Assembly: GCF_017876815.1 (NCBI RefSeq)
Contig: NZ_JAGIOS010000003.1
Location: 1,050,001-1,082,000 of the forward strand
Reading direction: 5' to 3'
DNA length: 32,000 nucleotides
Source of the DNA: Sinorhizobium meliloti
GTDB lineage: Bacteria; Pseudomonadota; Alphaproteobacteria; Rhizobiales; Rhizobiaceae
The notes under the pieces are model-generated. The model did not search any database. It worked only from the letters and a program-made list of their open reading frames with translations, and was not told the origin of the DNA. Every line of letters begins with the position of its first letter. Positions within the stretch are counted from its first letter, which is position 1. This document shows positions 27,179 to 32,000 of the stretch, one piece after another. The translations under genes and the position numbers were made by a program.

Positions 27179-28246
27179 TCATCGATCTCGACGGCTCCTG
27201 TCCTTCAGACAGGCCTTAAGGTGCTTCCTGCCTTCGTCCGGCAGCATGGCGGCTCCTGCTCGGATGCCTGCCCTCCATGCGTCGCCGCGTTGCCATGCTT
27301 CATTGTATACTAGCGCAAGGTCGGAGCTTCGGCGGGTCTGCAGAATAGCTTCGAACAGTATCCCAGCCTGCCGGATGTCCTTGTCCCTCTTGACCGCACT
27401 TTGGCCGTCGTTGTGGCGGCGCGAGGCCACGATCAGCTTGTGAACGGCATACCGAGACGGATCAGGGACCGTTACTGGGATTCCGCTCTTGTGCAGCACG
27501 ACCGTTCTGACCGGATCGCGGATCAAGAAATCGAGAAATCGAAGTGGATCCGCACTGGCGCCGCCCAGCGCCGGCATTCTTGCCGGCTGGTCCATGTAGT
27601 CATCGGAGGACCGGTTCGTCAGGAATTCGACCTTATAGCTATTCTTGTTTTGAAAGCTCGAGAAGGCGGCTTGTCCGGATCGATGTGGGACAGGCCGAAA
27701 GGTCGGGTCGACCGACTGCAGCAATTGTAGGATCGGCGGCATGCTGTCGCCGACTTCGCGGCTGACAGCGAAATCCTGCGCGACGTCCGCGTCGCCCGTC
27801 ATGATCGAATGACCCGGGAGGCGCACTGACAGGACTCCGGCGTAAGTCTGAAATGCGATTGTGCCGATCAGGATACCCCGGAGCCGGAACAGGCCCCCGG
27901 ATGCAAGCGCCTCAATGACATCCCCCGACATTCTATCCGGCGCAACCATTCCGCCTTCGCGGGTGAGGGTGGACACCATTCGACGCCGGCCCGAAGGTCG
28001 TCCTTTTGCGCTTTGAAGTCCTCGACACGTTTTGCGATTTCGGGATCGCTCGCAGGACCTACATAGTCGCGTGTCCTACCACTTTTACCGTCAGGCCGAT
28101 CGAAATACCAAATATCGTCGCTGCTTCACCGTAAGGGGAGTGAAGCGACCATCCGAGGGAAAGTCCGCAGACCATGCCGCGTCGAGCGACCGCTGCCCCA
28201 GTTCCGCGAGCATCGCCTGATACATGAGATCGATCGACTTCAGCAT
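27179..28246 (-). pseudogene. GSU2403-type (PF12281-like) minimal nucleotidyltransferase-fold gene, disrupted by two compensating frameshifts
   Basis: The 266-aa C-terminal ORF (27179..27979) carries a Pol-beta-like motif (LIGTIAFQTY...IMTGDADVAQDF). The same frame resumes upstream from ATG 28246 (SD AGGA): MLKSIDLMYQAMLAELGQRSLDAAWSADFPSDGRFTPLTVKQRRY, then hits TGA at 28093-28091, followed by TAA and TAG. The intervening ~46 codons (about 28125-27988) read cleanly only in the adjacent frame: SSDDIWYFDRPDGKSGRTRDYVGPASDPEIAKRVEDFKAQKDDLRAG. Confidence 0.65.
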
Positions 28247-28260
28247 GGAGGCATCCTGCC

Positions 28261-28289
28261 GTTATACCTTTTTTGTGAAAAGGCATAAC
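28261..28289. promoter_or_regulatory. A/T-rich inverted repeat upstream of the nucleotidyltransferase gene
   Basis: GTTATACCTTTT-TTGTG-AAAAGGCATAAC (12-bp arms, one mismatch), 15 nt upstream of the ATG at 28246 and ~80 nt downstream of the response-regulator stop. Confidence 0.35.
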
Positions 28290-28371
28290 ACAGCAGGAAA
28301 TAGAGCAAGGGAATACGGTTCTCCAGAGCGGTTCACCAAGGCCAGACTGAAGCTTTCGCAACGCCTGGAGA

Positions 28372-29094
28372 CTATTTTCCGTCCAACCACTCCTGCAGTT
28401 CCGCTTCCGCCCGCTCCAGCGCGCTGTAATTCAGGAGTTTGCGCAGGAAGGCGATCGTGATGGCGCGGGCACGCAGATTAAAGCGGCCGTCGTCATTGTC
28501 ATCGCTAGCGGCCTGGTAGACGTCGAGCTTGTCGTAAAGCTGCTGCAGGCGATTCTGTACGCTGCGCAGCGACAGGCCGCGGCGCCTGGCAATAGCCCTG
28601 TCGGTAAGACCAAGTGCGATGTCGACGAGGATCTCGTATTCGGAATCGTTAAACCCGTTCGTCTGGCCGAGGCTCTTCTGCTGAAGACCCCGCACCTCCC
28701 GATCGATGACGCATTGGCTCTCGATGAAGATCGAGCGCAGTGCAAGCTTCAGCCGCTCGTCGGACGCGGATTTCAGGACGTAGCCATAGGCAGCTCCATC
28801 CGGAACGATGCGCGAGACGCCGCGCACATACGCCTCGTCCGAGTAATTCGACCAGAACAGGATGCGAGTCTCCGGCCGTTCCTTCCAGATCGTGCGCGCC
28901 GCCTCGATGCCATTGCGGCTCGCCATCTGCAGATCCATGACGATATGCGCTGATTTATGCTCACGGGCGAGCTTCTCGCCGACCGTTCCATTTTCCGCCT
29001 CGATCACAGTGTCGCATTCCGGCAGGGCGGCATTGACCGCCTCATGCAGGTAGGAGCGATGCAACGGGTCGTCCTCGACGATCAGAACCTTCAT
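28372..29094 (-). CDS. Two-component response regulator, NarL/FixJ (LuxR-type HTH) family
   Basis: Receiver domain MKVLIVEDDP...HIVMDLQM, then GerE-type HTH SEYEILVDIALGLTDRAIARRRGLSLRSVQNRLQQLYDKL. The ATG overlaps the kinase stop (ATGA). SD GAGGAGAGG is upstream. Confidence 0.9.
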   Translation of the reverse strand: MKVLIVEDDPLHRSYLHEAVNAALPECDTVIEAENGTVGEKLAREHKSAHIVMDLQMASRNGIEAARTIWKERPETRILFWSNYSDEAYVRGVSRIVPDGAAYGYVLKSASDERLKLALRSIFIESQCVIDREVRGLQQKSLGQTNGFNDSEYEILVDIALGLTDRAIARRRGLSLRSVQNRLQQLYDKLDVYQAASDDNDDGRFNLRARAITIAFLRKLLNYSALERAEAELQEWLDGK

Positions 29095-30338
29095 TCCGCC
29101 CTCTCCTCAATTGAGCCCGAGTCGTGCGGCGCGAGCGGCAGCACCACGCGGACCACGGTGCCGCGATTATTGTGGCCCGGACCGATCGTGAAACGCGCGG
29201 AAATCAGTCGCGCCCGGGTCTTCATGTTGTCGATGCCCTCGCCGATCCGTCCCCGCGTTTTGGCAAGTCCGGTTCCATCATCCGAAATCTCGATCGACAA
29301 CCGGTCGTCGGCGGCGTCGAGCCGCACCTTGACGGCAAGCGGAGCAGCGTGGCGCACGGCATTGTTGATCGCCTCCTGAGCGATGCGGAACAGCGCGACG
29401 ATGACGGTCGGCTCCAGCCGTTCCAGCGCGCCATTCGTCTCGTCGGCAAGGCCCCATTCGATGATGGAGCCCGTGTCCCGGGTCGAGCGGTCCAGGTGGT
29501 GCTCGATCGCCTGGGTAAGTCCGAAGAGCTGGAGAACGGAAGGCTTTGCCTGCTCGATGATCTGCCGCAGGTCCTGCATGCAATGCTGCAGGGAGCGGGA
29601 GACGGGCTCCAGTGCCTCCGGCGCCACCTCGCCGTTGCGCGACAGCCGATCGATCCTGCGGGCGAGACGCGTCAGGTCGGCGAGGGTCTGGTCGTGCAGG
29701 TCCATGCCGATGCGCTGGCGCTCCTGCTCCAATGCTTCGGTGAGTTTCAACGCACCCAGCCGCAGGCCCTCCTCGCGGGCCCTGGCCTCTGCCTCCACGA
29801 TCGCCGACCGTTGCGCTTGCTCGGCCGCCCGCAGCGCGAAGAAATAGGGCGTAAGCAGGTCTGCGATGATGCGGGCCCGCTCGACGTCCTCCATCGTATA
29901 GGCACCCGCTTCCTGCGAGGAACATGAAAGCGCCGCGATGATCGCGCCCTGCACCTTCATCGGTACATGCAGACGGCTCCTCAGCGACTGTTCGACGATC
30001 GGCCGCTTGAACGCGCCGTCGAAATGGAAACGCGGGTCGGTCATTGCGTCGTCGGCCAGCAGGAAGTCCACTTCACCCCATAGAAGGGAGCGGATCGGAC
30101 TGTTGACGACAGGTGCGCCGGCGAGGTCGCCCCAGGCGGTCTCAATGCCCGTCTCATAGGCGGTGTGATAGTTGCCGTCCTCGAGGAGCACACAGACATC
30201 GAGATGGTCGTGCGGGATGATGTGCGCGACCTCCGCTGCGACGGAGCGAATGGCCGAGCGAAAGTCGAGCTGGCCCGCAAGCAGCCGGGAGATGCCGAGA
30301 TAATGATCAAACATGGCTGCGGGTGCGGAATGCAGCAT
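29091..30338 (-). CDS. Cytoplasmic GAF-domain sensor histidine kinase (HisKA_3 / NarX-DesK type)
   Basis: ATG 30338 with SD GGAGGA 7 nt upstream. N-terminal GAF-like ~170 aa with no hydrophobic spans. H-box RIGMDLHDQTLADL, N-box EAINNAVRHA, G-boxes DDGTGL and GEGIDNM. Confidence 0.88.
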   Translation of the reverse strand: MLHSAPAAMFDHYLGISRLLAGQLDFRSAIRSVAAEVAHIIPHDHLDVCVLLEDGNYHTAYETGIETAWGDLAGAPVVNSPIRSLLWGEVDFLLADDAMTDPRFHFDGAFKRPIVEQSLRSRLHVPMKVQGAIIAALSCSSQEAGAYTMEDVERARIIADLLTPYFFALRAAEQAQRSAIVEAEARAREEGLRLGALKLTEALEQERQRIGMDLHDQTLADLTRLARRIDRLSRNGEVAPEALEPVSRSLQHCMQDLRQIIEQAKPSVLQLFGLTQAIEHHLDRSTRDTGSIIEWGLADETNGALERLEPTVIVALFRIAQEAINNAVRHAAPLAVKVRLDAADDRLSIEISDDGTGLAKTRGRIGEGIDNMKTRARLISARFTIGPGHNNRGTVVRVVLPLAPHDSGSIEERAE

Positions 30339-30425
30339 GGTGGGTTCCTCCAGAAACGGCAGGCTCCTCAACCCGCCGCAATCGCTTTGCCAGTAAGCGC
30401 CCGCGGGAGCGCCGCCGTCTTGCGT

Positions 30426-30455
30426 AAACCCGCAGCTTGTACCGCAAAACCCGCA
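30426..30455. promoter_or_regulatory. Direct repeats in the kinase / ABC divergent promoter region
   Basis: AAACCCGCA at 30426-30434 and at 30447-30455 (21-bp register). Related CCGCA units are at 30366-30370 and 30442-30446, and a related CCCGCA at 30496-30501, all on the same strand. Confidence 0.3.
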
Positions 30456-30611
30456 AACATCTTGCCGCCTTGCGCCTGTACAGGTCCGCCGATCTCCCGC
30501 ATCCTGCCCTTACTGAGAGGAGGAAGCTCAGTGCAAGAACAATCTCACTCGAACCGATTGGCCGGGACGGGTGAAGCGATCGCCTGCCAGGCGATCATGA
30601 GGGAGAGAGAC

Positions 30612-31628
30612 ATGACCATCCGTAAGATGCTTCTGGCATCGGCCGCGATCACTTGCGCCGCGATGCCCGCCTCCGCATTTGCCGACACCTCGGCCAAGAA
30701 GATCGCCCTTTCGAACAACTATGCCGGCAATTCGTGGCGCCAGGCCATGCTGACGAGTTGGGAAAAGGTGACGGGCGAAGCCGTGAAGGCCGGCATCGTC
30801 GCCTCGGCCGACGCCTTCACCACCGCCGAGAACCAGGCAACGGAACAGGCCGCGCAGATACAGAACATGATCCTGCAGGGCTATGACGCGATCGTGCTGA
30901 ACGCCGCCTCCCCGACAGCGCTGAACGGCGCGGTCAAGGAGGCCTGCGATGCCGGCATTACCGTCGTCTCCTTCGACGGCATCGTGACCGAACCCTGCGC
31001 CTGGCGCATTGCCGTCGATTTCAAGGAAATGGGCCGCAGTCAGGTCGAGTATCTTTCGAACAAGCTTCCGGACGGCGGCAATCTGCTTGAGATCCGCGGC
31101 CTTGCCGGCGTATTCGTCGACGACGAGATCTCGGCCGGCATCCATGAGGGCGTCAAGCAGTTCCCCCAGTTCAAGATCGCCGGCTCCGTGCACGGAGACT
31201 GGGCGCAGGACGTGGCGCAGAAGGCCGTTGCCGGCATCCTGCCGAGCTTGCCTGACATTGTCGGCGTGGTGACGCAGGGCGGAGACGGTTATGGTGCCGC
31301 GCAGGCCATCGCCGCGACCGACCGGAAGATGCCGATCATCGTGATGGGCAATCGCGAGGATGAACTGAAATGGTGGAAGGAGCAGAAGGATGCGAACGGC
31401 TATGAGACCATGTCGGTCTCGATAGCGCCTGGTGTCTCCACTCTCGCCTTCTGGGTCGCCCAGCAGATCCTCGACGGCAAGGAGGTAAAGAAGGACCTCG
31501 TCGTTCCCTTTCTGCGCATAGATCAGGACAATCTCGAAGCGAACCTCGCAAATACGCAGGCCGGTGGCGTCGCCAATGTGGAGTACACGCAGGAAGACGC
31601 GATCAAGGTCATCGAGTCGGCAAAGTGA
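30612..31628 (+). CDS. ABC sugar transporter periplasmic substrate-binding protein
   Basis: ATG 30612 (SD GAGGGAGAG) gives the signal peptide MTIRKMLLASAAITCAAMPASAFA, followed by type I PBP-like sequence. An in-frame GTG at 30531 has a strong SD (GAGGAGGA) but would bury the signal peptide. The track start at 30165 overlaps the kinase gene. Confidence 0.85.
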   Translation: MTIRKMLLASAAITCAAMPASAFADTSAKKIALSNNYAGNSWRQAMLTSWEKVTGEAVKAGIVASADAFTTAENQATEQAAQIQNMILQGYDAIVLNAASPTALNGAVKEACDAGITVVSFDGIVTEPCAWRIAVDFKEMGRSQVEYLSNKLPDGGNLLEIRGLAGVFVDDEISAGIHEGVKQFPQFKIAGSVHGDWAQDVAQKAVAGILPSLPDIVGVVTQGGDGYGAAQAIAATDRKMPIIVMGNREDELKWWKEQKDANGYETMSVSIAPGVSTLAFWVAQQILDGKEVKKDLVVPFLRIDQDNLEANLANTQAGGVANVEYTQEDAIKVIESAK

Positions 31629-31687
31629 AAATCTCCCGGTGGCTGCCGCGTGGCCGTAGATGACCGCGCGGCAGTCTTGTTGAGCAG

Positions 31688-32000
31688 ATGATGGCGAGCA
31701 GTATGGACGACGTAGCGAAGGCGATCATTGCGGTCGACGGCGCCAAAGTGAGCTTCGGCGCAGTCAAGGCGCTCGACGGCGTCACGCTTCGTGTCATGCC
31801 CGGCGAATGCGTTGGGCTCGTCGGACATAATGGGGCCGGCAAGTCCACAATCGTCAGCGTGATCAATGGCGGCCTCATGCCGCACCACGGAATCGTCACG
31901 AGTGACGGCGAGCGGCAGGAACGCTACGGCATCAATGCCGCCCGCGACCGAGGCGTGCGCTGCGTCTTTCAGGAGCTGTCCCTCTGCCCCAACCTCTCCA
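31688..32000 (+). CDS. ABC sugar transporter ATP-binding protein, N-terminal part (runs off the right edge)
   Basis: Not in the ORF track (no stop inside the window). MMASSMDDVAKAIIAVDGAKVSFGAVKALDGVTLRVMPGECVGLVGHNGAGKSTIVSVINGGLMPHHG...RCVFQELSLCPNLS. Walker A GHNGAGKST is present. Confidence 0.85.
   Translation, partial: MMASSMDDVAKAIIAVDGAKVSFGAVKALDGVTLRVMPGECVGLVGHNGAGKSTIVSVINGGLMPHHGIVTSDGERQERYGINAARDRGVRCVFQELSLCPNLS

Noticed and set aside
29124-29927. 267-aa plus-strand ORF and 215-aa minus-strand alternative-frame ORF
   Set aside because: Both lie inside the histidine kinase gene. The kinase frame carries the H, N and G boxes and the other frames are R/G/P-rich.
30165-30611. N-terminal 149-codon extension of the binding-protein ORF (track start 30165), and the in-frame GTG at 30531 with a strong SD
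   Set aside because: The extension overlaps the kinase gene on the other strand and the divergent promoter. A textbook Sec signal peptide begins at ATG 30612. The GTG 30531 start is kept only as a noted alternative.

Overview
GC-rich, densely coding DNA that looks alphaproteobacterial and Rhizobiaceae-like. That origin is inferred only from codon bias and my recollection of protein families; no search was run. I see no rRNA, tRNA, CRISPR array, IS element or integrase. Left to right the window holds: (1) a partial DEDD exonuclease plus a DUF2161-like PD-(D/E)XK protein; (2) a divergently organised acid-sugar locus (FAD oxidase, GntR/FadR regulator, FAH-family enzyme and TRAP dctQMP on the minus strand; DenD-like SDR, LtnD-like dehydrogenase and XylD-like IlvD/Edd dehydratase on the plus strand); (3) a lone otsA; (4) two tandem Rnk-like (GreA C-terminal domain) genes; (5) gdhA; (6) a PQQ-type sugar dehydrogenase; (7) a divergent MFS pump / TetR pair with a palindromic operator; (8) a GntR-controlled operon of aldehyde dehydrogenase, a 3-gene ABC sugar transporter and kduI; (9) a visibly more A/T-rich ~2.1 kb patch with two orphan small ORFs and a doubly frameshifted GSU2403-type nucleotidyltransferase gene; (10) a cytoplasmic GAF histidine kinase / LuxR response regulator pair divergent from a second ABC sugar transporter that runs off the right edge. 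Two edge genes (1..586 minus, 31688..32000 plus) are missing from the ORF track. Many long track ORFs are antisense shadow ORFs typical of GC-rich DNA. I found no self-contained, clearly novel system such as a defence island. The best candidates for follow-up are the hybrid acid-sugar locus, the decayed nucleotidyltransferase patch with its orphan ORFs, the tandem Rnk-like pair and the kduI operon that lacks kduD. All functional calls rest on motif and family recognition by eye and need database confirmation.
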